DNA from: Squalus acanthias
Taxonomy: Eukaryota
Assembly (NCBI GenBank): GCA_030390025.1
Contig: CM059433.1
Location: 5,022,001 to 5,086,000 of the forward strand
Direction of reading: 5' to 3'
Length of the DNA stretch: 64,000 nucleotides
Positions 49,959 to 62,708 of this stretch are shown in pieces. Both the position numbers and the translations under genes were made by a program. Position 1 is the stretch's first letter, and the number at the start of each line of letters is the position of its first letter. The notes beneath the pieces are model-generated. The model searched no databases and had not been told where the DNA came from. It saw only the letters and a program-made list of their open reading frames with translations.

Positions 49959-51675
49959 GCCCTCATGTATGTTTGTGCAGAGATGTTTTAAGCCATGACT
50001 GCATGGGTAGTCTGTATCTTTCAGCAGTCAGGCATTGAACACCTCCCTTGGAAGAGATTGATAATATTAAGACTGGTGCAGAATGCAGGAATCATAGGAA
50101 TTCACAGCGAAGCAGTGAGTAATGTGCATAATCCTAAATCAGTGGTCACATACTAAGGGAATGAAAGAAAACCCTTTTGATTTTTGTATGTCGTGGCATT
50201 GCTGAATGGAGCTCGAATAGCCACATGGTGATAATTATATTTGAAACATTAGAGAAAACCCACAAAATATAGAAGCCTTTCCCTTTGTGATGTACGTAAA
50301 GCTCGGCCAAAGCTAATAATGGAACTGGCCAAACTGTGCTATGTGACCTTGCAGACTGAATGGCATCTCGCCCCTGTGAAATTCCCTATTGTGGCCTGGA
50401 AACCACATTAAAATTTGAGTGTGGTTGTTATCTCGATTGTTACAGGGAGGACAATGCTTGTCTTCACAGGTCAGTAACCACCTGCCTGGATAGACTAAGC
50501 CTGGAAATGCACTGCCTGTCTGTTAAGGACTGAGCTTCTTGACCTGTACATGCAGCCCTGGGAGTATTTGGTGCACCTGATCAAGAGCCTGCCATGCAGC
50601 TTTTGCGTCTGCTGTGCCCTCCGTCTCCTGCCGCTCAAACAAGGTAGCATTGGGCGCCATTAGAACATTTATTGTACTCGACGAAAAACAGCACCAATCA
50701 TTTTTAGGCGCTGCTGACGAGTCTTTAGCTAGCATTATTAAACAGAATTATAAAATATGACCAGAACATCAGTACTGTACTAATAACTTACTTTCACAGG
50801 ACTGATAGCACCTCAAAGGCCCGGCGCTGCACCAAGCACTTTTTTGTTGGTTTTCTGCATTTGACGTCAGCCATCATGGGTGCCTGGCAATGCAGATCAA
50901 ACCCCACTACGAAGAGTCTAAGTTTCATCTGCAAGAGCTGGATGTTTGTGAAAGGACAGAACTTCATGATAACACGTCAAGATAGTGTCTGCAAGTGTAA
51001 CTTTGATCAAACAAGATATGACTGATTATGATTATGGTTATGAATGTTATTCTCTTTTCTCCAACAATAAAAATGCAAAGTAAAAGCCAGCTAATTTCTC
51101 TTGTTGAACATTTCATCTTGTAAGTCAAAAGAAAATCTCCATTTAAGAATTCAAACTAAGACTGAACAAATGCTGAAGACTACGAAATATATGAATTGAG
51201 TTTTTGCTTGTTGATACAACTTGAATATGTGGTCAGTTCAGTATTGTAGTAGCTAGTGCAAAACATTGAAAATTCACAATTTTGCTGGCATGCTCCTGTC
51301 TCAATGGCTGCAGCCTGGATATGCTCGGGCCGAGCCGTGCACTTAAGTATCCAAGTGGCTTAATGGAGTTAGCATCTCTGTCCGCCCAAGCTAGGTCATT
51401 TTTGGAAGGGGAGGGGGCGGGGGCCGGGGGTAGGAACCCCATATATTGGGTATTCCCTCAACACGGGCCTCAAAGGGACCCGGCATATAGTTGGCAGGAA
51501 TACGCCTGATCAAATGAGGCGTACTTCTTTAATCAGCGGTTGTGAGGTTCACCTGGGATCAGGCCCTGGACACTCCTCTTCCCCCACCCACCCCAAAAGG
51601 AGGAAGCAAATTGTTGTTGTGCTCTTGCCTGCCATAATGTGCTTTACTGTTGGAAAGTAAATATTCCTTTGATGC

Positions 51676-51810
51676 TAAAGGAAAATACTGCGGATGCTCA
51701 AAATCTGAAATAAAAACAGAGAATGCTGGAAACACTCAGCAGGCCAGGCAGCATCTGTGGAGAGAGAAACAGAGTTAACGTTTCAGGCCGATGACCTTTC
51801 GTCAGAACTG
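51676..51810 (-). mobile_element. Penelope-derived short repeat carrying a minimal hammerhead motif
   Basis: Reverse-complement homolog of 29368-29500. Confidence 0.75.
51773..51809 (-). ncRNA. Minimal type I hammerhead ribozyme motif
   Basis: AGUU-CUGACGA-A-AGGUC(AUC)GGCCU-GAAA-CG-UU-AACU: stem I, core, stem II, 1-bp stem III with palindromic loop. Confidence 0.7.
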
Positions 51811-51829
51811 GCTGTTCAGGTCGTTACAC

Positions 51830-52580
51830 CTACCCTCGCCCCTGTTCCATGCAGATTCTGGCTCGAGAGTTGAAGTCCCGCAGATCTTTAGGTCTGCATG
51901 GCTCTGGTAGTAGAGGGCAGATGCTCCATTGTTTGAGGAGCCTCTCTGCAGTCACAGTCAGTAGTATCAGTTTGGCTGTGTCCCCACTTCTGCACGAGGG
52001 CTCTGTAGCAGCCGACACCAATCCTGAGGCGATGGAGACACAGCCAAGTAGGCTAAGTCTCACTGGCTCCTGTTGGAAGAGATTCCTCTGGATCAAAAGA
52101 TAGCTTGTGTGGCTTTGCCTGCAGATCCTTTGACCAAGCATCTAATCTACAGCTGTGGGGATTACATTCCAAGGGCTGGACAGCAGGTAAGAAACTGCTC
52201 CTGGACTTGAGCCTCTTAGTTGCTGGCTCGTGTTGAAAAAGTGGAGGACGGGGATCACTTGTCTGCTTTGACCTTTCCACTCTTATTGAAACTCACTGCC
52301 TTATTAAAGGTGGGGCAATACCAGCAAGCAGGTAAAGATCATCCACCTTCGTAGGTTTCAGACAGCCAGAAATAGCTCTGCAGGCTGCATTGAGGACTGG
52401 CGCCATCTTCTTGGCATGCAAGGAGCGTTCCCAGACTGGACAGGCATATTCAGCTGCTGAATAGCACAAGGCAAGGGCAGTAGTTCGTACAGTCCTTGGG
52501 TCGGTTCCCCATTTAGAGTTGGCCAACCTCCTTTAAGATGTTGTTTCTGGCTCCCACCTTTGCCTTTGCTTTGATGGGCT
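51830..52580 (-). mobile_element. Ingi/Vingi-like non-LTR retrotransposon, 3' fragment
   Basis: KWGTDPRTVRTTALALCYSAAEYACPVW..LAGIAPP, then frameshifted LHRLRIGVG..KWG..CDC..QTMEH Cys/His region. Confidence 0.65.
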
Positions 52581-53415
52581 ACACCCGACTTGTGGGCGGT
52601 CTTGTACCATGTACCTTTGCCCATGAAGAATAAGGTTGAGATTGTTCAAATTAATTTCTCTTGGGATCCTTACACTGAGCACAGACAGGAGAGTTGCCCT
52701 CCCATTCCAGACAGATTCAAACCCAGGTCACAGCTGAAAGAACAAGGTGCTGACCCCTCGGATGTGATTTCTGTCCATTCATGGTCAACGGGCGGAGACC
52801 TGGCCTTGTATTTTCTCACATTGGACTGTCTCTTACTCATAGTATGTAGAGGATAAGTCGGTTTGGAGAATGAAGAACACTGGATTTCTGACTCTTCCTG
52901 AAACTGAATCTGTTTGTGGTATAAATGGAGTACTTAATGTTTAGTCATTGAATAATGAATTTATCCCACAATGGAGGGAGAAAATGAGTGGACACACTTT
53001 AAAAACCAATTAAAAAATGTAAAAGATTAGCCACAAAACACTTGTGTGTCTAAAAACGGGCAATATAACTAAGGGACTAAATGCATTTCTGTTAAGGATC
53101 ATTAAAGTTATTTATTGCTGATTTTAAAACCTGTTTTTCATGTTCTATTTTTAGTGTCAAAATCGGAGGAGAGAAATTCAGTTTTTATTGGGAGCTTTGC
53201 TTTTTGACTTTACCCGCTGATGATTCCTGTTCAGATTAAAGGAGCAAACTACCCCTGACTGACCATGGAATAAGTCTGAGATTTTTAAAAATTCCATTCA
53301 ATGTTTGTAGGCCACTCCCCAAAAAAAGTTACTACAAAGGCCAAGGAGACATTGATGGCTCACTTAGCCCCATTTGTAACATTTCCTTAATCTGGGCCCT
53401 TATTCATTACATATT

Positions 53416-54159
53416 GGGCCGAAAATTGATCCCGGGACGCGAGAGTACGCACTGCGTACTCTCGCGTATTCCCACTCCAATTGCCGGTTTTCTGCATGCC
53501 CTGCGCATGCGCTGAAAACCGGCAATTGCTCTTCCGAAAAGGGGGCGGGGCCTGAGTGCATCGCGTGCGCGCTACAGGCTGCGCGCACGCTGTGCACTTC
53601 ATGCTTTGGACGCGCAGGTAAGTAGGGAAGATTTTGGAAATGTAAAAAGGAGGAGTAAGACCCGCTTTTAAGAAGGTAAGTAGTGAATTAAGTATTTTTT
53701 TGAATTTTTTTTTACAGGTATATCTTTTTTATAGACTTTAAAGACAGGTAAGTTTATTTTTATAACTTTTTAAAAGATTTTAAATTTTTTCAAAAATTTA
53801 ATTTTTTATTTAAAATGGTTAATTTAATTAACTATACTTATTTTATTAATGTGATGGTTTTTTTTTTTAATTTAATTGAGGTTTAGCTGTTATTTTGGGG
53901 GGGTGTAAGATTCATAAGTCTCACAGCCATGCTGTGAGACTTATGAATGGAAGATGGTGTGCTGCCATTGGCTCTAACTGAGTCACGTGATCCCACAGCT
54001 CGCACGAATTAACTGCGCCGCTGGGATACGCAAGCCCAGCACAGCTGATGTCTGGAACATCAAGTTCGTGCGAGCTGGATCAGAAAAAGCATAAGCGAGG
54101 TGAGACATCGCGGGGAAGGCTTACCCCCGCGGGAACAGAGCGAGATCAATTTCTGGGCC
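53416..54159. mobile_element. Harbinger-type MITE rich in hairpins
   Basis: 15/19 TIR GGGCCGAAAATTGATCCCG / GGCCCAGAAATTGATCTCG; 3-bp TSD ATT. Confidence 0.78.
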
Positions 54160-54242
54160 ATTATGTTCCTGCAACATAGGCAAGCAACTTTGGTGATTCT
54201 GCGCCTCCTTGCATCTGGTTGTAGGAGTTAAGCAAATTTATC

Positions 54243-54813
54243 GGCCCATAATTTGCGGTCAGCGGTGAAGCAATGGCGTTTGCCGCTGGCCCCGAAGAAA
54301 GCTGCCAATAAAGATCTCATGCTCTCTGTGGCGAAGTTTGGCTTTTTCGAAGTGCAATTGAGATCAGTGTAGTGTAGTGGGAATTCCATAGCGCGAGCTG
54401 CTGTGACATCAACAAGCTGTCTAAGCAGCCAATCACAATGCAGAATTCTCATAGACCGGGAACCAGGAAGTAGTGAAGCTCCTTTTATTTGACTTTAAAA
54501 ATGTTAGGGAGACCAAAACAAAGATTGGGGTTCGCACATGGGGAAAAGGTAAAGCTGAAATAAATATGAACAAACTTTTAACAATTTTTAAGTTTCTTAA
54601 TGTAATTTTTATTATGGAGAAATTTGACACTCCACAAAATTAAAATTATTTTTTCAGGGCCATAATGTTTGTTTAGCAGTCAATACACTGTCATAACTCC
54701 AGTTACACCTAATCCAACATGCACTAAACCCTGAAGTTGTGACCAGTTTCAAAGGGGTAATAACAGTGAATGCTGTTCGTTCGCTGTTACTACCCACCGC
54801 AAAATTCCGGGCC
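54243..54813. mobile_element. Harbinger-type MITE
   Basis: Ends GGCCCATAATTTGCGGT / GGCCCGGAATTTTGCGGT (rc); TSD not preserved. Confidence 0.6.
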
Positions 54814-55567
54814 AATGTGCTTGAAGTCCTGAATAACATCAATCTTTACTAACCATGCAGCAGTTAGATTGTTATCAATAACGATCCAGGTGATTTTTAT
54901 TTTCAATTTTCTTCAACTTGCCATAATAGAGCAGTGTTTTATCTGCAGAGAAAATCGAGCCACCATTTCTTTTGTTCGCAAAATTGGACCCAGAAGTGTG
55001 CATACTGACATCACAAGTGCAATGTGTGTGCATCTTTGGACCTGATTTTAGGTGAGAAAACAGGGAAATTGGGGGTTCTTTGGCAAGAGATTAAGTTTTA
55101 CCAAATCACAACCCAAAAAAACACCTGGAGAATTATGGTGAAAATCATTTTTTTTTAAATGATTTTAAGTTTTTTTACTGCCTTTCCAAAAGCATACTGT
55201 AAAGACCAGTGACAATTTATAAGTATACATACTATACCAGCTCTGCCAAAATACTTTATATTATTACAAAAAGATAAAGAGGGACCATAAACACTTAACA
55301 GTATAATGGAGAAACCTGTCTTTCATTTGCCTGGTATTTGGGGACGGAAGACCGAGCACACTTTTAGGGCATCATAGTCTGACGAGTGAGCCTGGCTGTA
55401 AGCATTGCATTTTAATCAGAGGTAGATCTGCATCAGCCACTGAAAGGAGTTGAAAATGAGGAAGTGTATCTTTCAAAGGCTTCAGTCCACAACCATGACC
55501 TTGCCTCCCACACTACATAAAGGGACAAGACGCACGGAAGTGAAAGGAATTTCTCAATGCACTTAAT

Positions 55568-55836
55568 GGGGGCATTTTTAACCCTACTCGCTCAGCAAAA
55601 ACCTGGCAGGTGGGCAGTTAAAAGTCACCCAGACTCTTACCTGTCCGCAAGCCACCATGATTGCAACATCTGCAATTTTAGCCTGCTGTCCTGAGCAGGC
55701 AGCAAGGACACACGCCCGGAGCCAACAGGGTCCTTCTATACTTATGCATGTTGTGGCCTGATGACATCATTGAGACCCGACTGTAATTTTAACTCTGGCC
55801 TGAGCGGGGAATCCACCTGGAGTTAAAATCGGGGCC
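55568..55836. mobile_element. Harbinger-type MITE
   Basis: GGGGGCATTTTTAAC..GTTAAAATCGGGGCC; 3-bp TSD AAT. Confidence 0.65.
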
Positions 55837-58061
55837 AATGACTCTGAACCAGGCAACAGTGGTAATTTCTTCTCAACACTGGCAAAATAAATTGTGATTT
55901 AAAAATAACGGACGACTAGGATAACCTACGAAGCAGGAGTAAACCTAGAATAGTAAATGGTGAGCGCTGTGATCATCACAGCCAGTTCAGCAAAATATGT
56001 AGGACACGGAGGCAGGTGGTATTAAGGGAGGATGAGGTTCCCAATGGTTAGTTCTGGTCATAATGTTACATTTATGTAAAAACAGGGCATTATCACATGA
56101 AAAATATTACATTGTACAAGTGAGTTTCCATACAATACAAACCAATATAGATATTTAAGTTCCATATTTACTGCATTTCTATTGTCTAAATATACAAAAC
56201 TGTTACAAATGGGGCAAAGTACAAAAGCAGGCTACCACATCCCTCAGTGATGTGCATTCTCTATTTCTTATCTGCAATTTGTGTAAAAGCTTACAGCCAT
56301 TTACAGGGAGGCAAGCATGATATTACATTAAAAAAATTCTTTTGTGAAATTTGTCCAACTCACATTTTAACCTAGTATTAGAAAAACTTTAAAATAGTTT
56401 TCGTAAGGCCACTGCCCAATATGTAAAGCTACACCTGTGGAAACACAGTGGAGTGCTGCTTATCTGAACTAACTGGTGAGCCAGTATATCCTGCATATAC
56501 AATGTTCATCCTAAGCCAAATATCAAATGCAGGGCTACAGTAGAATGAATGCACAGTTAGCTGCATTGTTCATTTATGATATTGGGAATTAATAGACAGC
56601 CAGATCTCTGAATTATTCACTTATCCAAACAGGGGTATCCCCTAAATGGTGTCTACTGTGTTTGTATTTCTCTTTGATCCTACTGAGTCAACTTTAGCTG
56701 CCTGGGGATAGAGAAATTGAGGAATGTTAATGGTTATGCTTTCCTGTGAAAAGTTCGTGTACACGTCACACCACGCTCTAAATGTATGGTTCTGTGCTGG
56801 CTCACACCAATCAGGCTTCACTTATACCGCATCAATACGGAGCATAATTGAAAACTGCAAAACAGTATTTAATTGGTTGTAGCAGCAAAATTGAGAAGTT
56901 ATTAATTTGAAAACCTGAACATATAATTTATAACAGAAATGTAGAACTGCAAATGATTTACTTTTCTGGGGACTTTTTTTTTATTGGGAAGAAAGAGGTG
57001 ATTTCTGACCTTGTGCTGCAGGTAAATGCCACAGAAGAAAACTTTCTATTAAATAGGAGAGCCTCACAGAATTTAGAATTTGGGGGAGTGAAACATTTTT
57101 ATTTAAATAAAGTGAAATATGAAAATTTTAATATGAATGAACCATCAAAAAGTTGAAACTTTTTAAACCTTTGAAACCATTAGATGTGAACTTTAAGTCG
57201 CCCTACAGTTAAAATAAATTATTCTTCAAAAACAATTCTAAAACTAGCTGCCTTAAAAATATTCTACCTTTATTAACTGAATCTCTAATAATTGGTTGGA
57301 TCACTTTGATACCCAGCTGTCAATACTAGTAAAATATTCCAAGTACTCTATCCCCTGACTGCATTGTGATTTCATACTTAAAGCACAAGAGATTTTGTGC
57401 TACCGCTTGTGTGGAAAATAATCTGGATTTTGTTATGTCATTAATGTTTTATTATGTCAAATAATATCGAGGAGCTGACACAATGAATAAAGCAATGACT
57501 AAGCATTACTTGTTACATTACTGCCCCGTCCCTTGTATTTCAATCTGCTGAGCATATACTTTGTATGAGTGAAAATAAACTGAGTAAAACAACTTAACTT
57601 TCCATACAATTACGTTTTGATTTCTTTACAGTTTGTATTTACTTCCTTTCCATTCTGGTTTTTTCCTCCCAATTCCCCTTCTCTATTTCTTTCTTACACG
57701 AGTCTCTTCCATTCTAGATACCCAAAGTAAGTTTGTTTCTGTGAACTTATGACACATACCAGGCACATAATGCTCATACTACAAACTGCTGACACCTCCC
57801 ATTTTTGTGACCCTTGGGGGGCGGGTTCTGATGTTTGTAAATTCTCCGTGTTTCTGGATTCTGCCACCAACCTCAAATGTCTGCTTAATCCTGAAGTTCT
57901 GGAACACTACTGAGAGTTGCTGCTGTTCTACCATCCCCTACAAAGGTACCCTGGCATCCTGTACCTACAGTCATCATAGGTGCCACTGTCACTCTTGCTG
58001 GACAGCTAACAGTACATAAGAATTGACACAGGCAGGATTGACAATCTTCTTTAGAAATCAT

Positions 58062-58719
58062 GGCCCCTGATATTAACTCTGAGGTGGGGAGGGAGCGAAG
58101 CGTCGTGTTGCGGTCTTGAAACCCAGAAGAGCATTTTTTGTCTCCGTTTCCTGGCCGCGGCCAGCCAGAGTGAGAGGAGGGTAGGCCTTCGGCACCAGGC
58201 CGCAGGTGGAGAGCGGGATCGGAAAGGCTGGGGGCGGGGGAAGATCTGAGGCGTGGTGTGGCGGGGGGGGGGGGGGGGGAAGAAACTCTTAAGGCCAGCG
58301 GGGAGATCGAAAGAGTCGGGGGGTGGAGGGGAATCGGAGGCCACAGCCGGGGAGCGCAGGAGGGAGGGATCGGAAAGAAAGACTTTGGGAAGGGGGGGGG
58401 GGGGGTATGGGTCGGTGGGAGTTCATGACTTGGGGCGGGGGGCAGGTTAGCTTGGTGGGCTGTGGGAGGGCACTTGCCCGCTGGATCCAGCAGTCTCTGC
58501 CTCCCTTTAGCTACCGGGTTAAATTTCAAGTGGAGATCAAAGCTGAGGCACGCAGCCTCAGTATAGTATTTAATGACCAACCTGCCTCCTGGGAGCGGGT
58601 TGGTCGCCCCCCCCCCACCCGTCCCGTCTCCGTTAAAACCAGAAATGGGCAGGTTTGAGATCTTTAACATTTTATTGACCCAAACCCACCCATTTTGGGG
58701 GGGTTAAAATTGCTGCCCC
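58062..58719. mobile_element. Harbinger-type MITE, G-rich
   Basis: GGCCCCTGATATTAAC..GTTAAAATTGCTGCCCC; right end blurred by poly-C. Confidence 0.55.
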
Positions 58720-59467
58720 CCCCCCCAAAATGTTTCTAAACCTACATGACCAAAAGATGAAACTGATCAGTTTTTATTTTCCTTATCTCCTTCCCCCCCC
58801 CCTCACACACTCTTCAGGTCCTCCAGTGCATTCATTGTTCAACTGGGGGGGTCTGGTTCTCAAACCAGCCATGGAAGGTAAACAAAGAGTTCAGGTTGCC
58901 CTGCCTCCAATTTTCCCTTTTTGCTCTCACTCATTCTGTATTCCAGGCATCCTGTAGCACTTCGATTCGACTTCATATAGAAATTTACAGCTCACAACTA
59001 CGAAATTTTCCTGTCGATAAAATCTGTGATAATACCCTACTCCTCTACATATTGGAAAACTACTGTATTCATTACTTTGTATTATAATTACTATTTAATT
59101 ATTTTTTTTTTAGTATTAAAGGATAAATTCAGCAATCCCAGTGGGAGCCGCATTCAAAGGGCCATGGGTCAGAGAATTGGCACTAAAATGCTGTAGCCCA
59201 ATTTCTGACCAGTCTTCCCTTATAACACTACTTCCCACTGGAAGTGCTGAATTTGTCCTTATTTTATTCAGAATGCAGTTGGGATCTTCAATCTATGACA
59301 GTTCATTGCTGGTACAAACTATTTTCCTTCTACAAAAGCTGGAGACAAACTGAAAGACTTGCTCAAACACTAAATTAAAACGGTGGTTCCAGCAATGCAC
59401 AAGGTTGCTTTTTTATTGTTAAGTAGCATAGAACTAGGAAGCGATCACTTCCAAAGCAGAACACTTC

Positions 59468-60359
59468 GGGGTAAAAATTCACTTGGTTGCGCCACCCGTT
59501 AGCGCCTTAAGAGGGCGCTAATGGGGCGCAAAGCCGCTAACGCCCGGGCACAGCGATGTTTGCGCCGCTCGAGAACTTAACTTGAGATTGTGCGGCGGCG
59601 CTAAAACTTACCGCTGCGACCACCTGCGCGCGCAGATTGTGACGTCATTCCATGGTGCAACGCCCTTGGGGCGCCCCGTAGCGGAAATTGAGTGGCGCCC
59701 CCTGCCTTACCGCCTGGCGCTTCCAACGACCAGAAGACTGGAACGCTATCAATCGCTGTGGGGCTGGGGGGGGGCGCTATTTAAAGGGGGCCTCTTCCTG
59801 TCTTTTATTGTTGGTGGCATTTTTGAACTACGCATTCTGAGAGAGAGAGGGAGAGACTTCTGGAGAGATTCAACGTTGTGTGAAGGAGTTTTGGGTACTG
59901 AGCAGCACTTTGCAGGTTCATTTTGATTTGCCATTCCTTGTATCGATTTAGCAGAGACCGTGGGAGCTGCACTCTGAGCTCTTTGCCTGGTGCTCTCCAT
60001 TGTTCTTTCCAGCACATTTGATGTGCAAGTCTCTCCAGGCCGAGATTCAAGGCAGCAATGAACAGGATGTGGATGGAAAGCAAGATTAACCATCCCCTTT
60101 AAGAACTGGCCCGTGCCATTGTGTGTGTGTTCCATTGCTGACTGACATTACATGAGCTTCGCCAGCGCTCCGAGTTAGCGCCTCACTGCTCGGCCTTTGC
60201 GCCTTGAGAGGTGTGCAGCGCCTGCTTTAGCGCTCCACTCACCTCCCGGGGCGGTAAAAGTGAAGTTTCCCGTCAGTGCCGATAATTAGCGCCAGGCGCT
60301 AATATTTGCGTCCGGACGATATTTGCGCCCCAAATGGGGCGCGACCTAATTTCTACCCC
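59468..60359. mobile_element. Harbinger-type MITE, CpG-rich
   Basis: 11/12 TIR GGGGTAAAAATT / GGGGTAGAAATT; 3-bp TSD TTC. Confidence 0.8.
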
Positions 60360-60663
60360 TTCATGTCTAAAACTGATCGGAGAGGCTGCTTAAGTAAAAT
60401 TGATATTAGGGAACCTTTAACAATTAAGGTCAGAGGGAGATTAATTTGATCACTCCTCTTCTTAAATGTCAAGACTTCCAATTATTTAGCTTGTTTTTTT
60501 TCCTTTGTCATCAAGGTGATGGTGTGTGTGCTTTCCATAAGAACCAGTATTAACCTTAGATACCACCTTAAAACAAAACAAAAATATTACTCTTTAAACA
60601 TACTAGTTCAAAACAAATCGATCCATTTTTGTGACGAGGATCCTGGGTTCCCTCATATTGAGT

Positions 60664-60860
60664 CATGATGTGGAGATGCCGGTGTTGGACGAATGTGAGA
60701 AGTCGCACAACACCAGGTTATAGTCCAACAGTTTTATTTGAAATCACAAGCTTTCGGAGCGCTGCTCCATCATCACCTGACGAAGGAGCAGCGCTCCGAA
60801 AGCTTGTGATTTCAAATAAAACTGTTGGACTATAACCTGGTATTGTGCGACTTCTCACAC
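60664..60860. mobile_element. Penelope terminal-repeat derived palindrome
   Basis: 75-bp inverted arms (1 mismatch); left part near-identical to 63204-63310. Confidence 0.85.
60772..60810 (+). ncRNA. Minimal type I hammerhead ribozyme motif
   Basis: AUCAC-CUGACGA-A-GGAGC(AGC)GCUCC-GAAA-GC-UU-GUGAU. Confidence 0.75.
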
Positions 60861-62708
60861 TCAGAGTGTCAGTGTTTTCCCCCCCTCCCCTTCCAATTGG
60901 TCCAGATCATAAAGAATCAGAGTTCAGAGAGGCATCAGAATTGACAGAAATGTCATTGTCTTCATAGCAGATATCACAGGGTAGTAATAGTTATGGAATG
61001 CCCTGTCTTTTAAACAAATTATGAGAGAGAACTTATAGCACTGTGCTCTTTCGAATCCATGCACTTTCTTTTGCATCTAAGAACTAATTTTCTTAGGATG
61101 TAAATGAACTTTTCAACTAGTTGCTCAAGGTAGTTAAAAAAAAAAATTGCTAATTTTCTGATTAGCGACTAATTGCTTAATTTCATTGTTTGGACCCACT
61201 TACTCCAGAATCCAAAAATAGCCCTCTCACCAGGAAGAAACAACCAAAGTGGTGGGGAATCTGCTCCATTTGTATATTTTGTGGTGTTGTCCTTTAAGAG
61301 TTTTGAAACTGCAGGAGGTCAGGTCCATCACGAGTTTCGAACCCAACCAACCCACTTTATTATGTCTCTGGATCTTTCTATGAGATCCCATTAGTTTCCA
61401 AAATGGGATATTTAATCAACTTCCCGTTGGTTGTTGCTTTCCAGTCCCTGATGCACAAGGGTACCCTGCTCCATCAGAGTTTGCTTCTTTGTTGTTTTCC
61501 TCTGCTATCTATCCTTCCATAACCATGATGCCTGTACATACATCTGCTTCAACTGCCTGTTCCCTCTTGTTGGACCGTTCCTTCAAAGGCCTAAAGAGAT
61601 CATGCAGTCCGAGCCATAATCACCCCTGCCACTACTGGCTGCTTATTGAGACTCACCACCACACCTCTTTGTGTCTTAGATCTTTGAGCATTTCTCCTGA
61701 TTGACCCAATTTTGCTTTGGATCAGGGGTGTTTCAAGCTTCAGCCTATATTCCACGTAAGCAACAGGCCTTCTTGCTTACGCTACAGGCAAAAGGTAAGC
61801 ATCACACACCCACAGCCGTTGGATGCAAGTCTCGGCTTCCTTGAGAGTGGCCAATTCTGGCACGGCTCACAGTATAAAGAAGGGGAATAAATATCCTCAG
61901 GGCTTCTCCCGCTGCACCACCATAACTTTGCCGAAATACAGCAGCAACAGCACAGGGAGCAGCCCTGTGGAATTTTACCCAAGGTGATTGACGACCAAAC
62001 CAGTATCGTGCTACATATTAATTATTAAGTGCTCATACAAGGAAAATAACAGCATAAATTTAATTTTAGTGAAGTACAAAGGTGATGTCTTCAATAAAGT
62101 ATTCCTTGAATTCAGTTTTTTTTTACTGTAATTGCTTATATGGAGTTCTGGGGCTTCGTAGTAAACAACTATGATCCACAGACAAAAGGTTTAGACACCC
62201 CTGCCTGAGAGGTTTGTCTGTTGCAAACCTGTACTTGTGTTTAATTACAGTTAAAATATTGCTATTCTGCAGTTTCTGCTGTAATAAGGGCCTTTATATA
62301 TTTTTTGTTTTGCTTATGGGTGTAGCTATTCTTGTGCAATATTCAAATAGTTGACAAAGGTTTATCCTCATCCACTTACTGTTGGCTACAGTAAATCTCT
62401 GAGTGGCATCTATTGAGGACGAATAGACTTGAACTGAATAAAGAGATGCCATGCCATGTACTTTAATCAGTTTCTGTCCTTGACTTGTTCCAGAATAGAG
62501 TCTACTCCGTGCTAAAGGCTAAATGTATATACATTTCTTGAGTACTTCCGAAATTCCCTCTGCATATTTGGATTGATTGTCTTTGCATCATGTTACACTA
62601 GAACAGTGACTAAAGTGTTGCTGGGCGATCGCCACCAATGCAGGATTTTTGATTCGATCCAGAAGCCCAGTTGTGTAATGCTGGCCAGGGCACTGCTCCT
62701 CACCAGCT

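Noticed and set aside
50520..50900. Possible exon or enhancer (70-aa ORF, CCAAT, TGACGTCA)
   Set aside because: No recognisable protein or convincing splice pair; short motifs are expected by chance
57885..58670. 261-aa Pro-rich ORF
   Set aside because: Product of a G/C-run-rich MITE
59468..60359. CpG-island promoter of a host gene
   Set aside because: Exactly bounded by TIRs and a TSD; lies between two gene 3' ends
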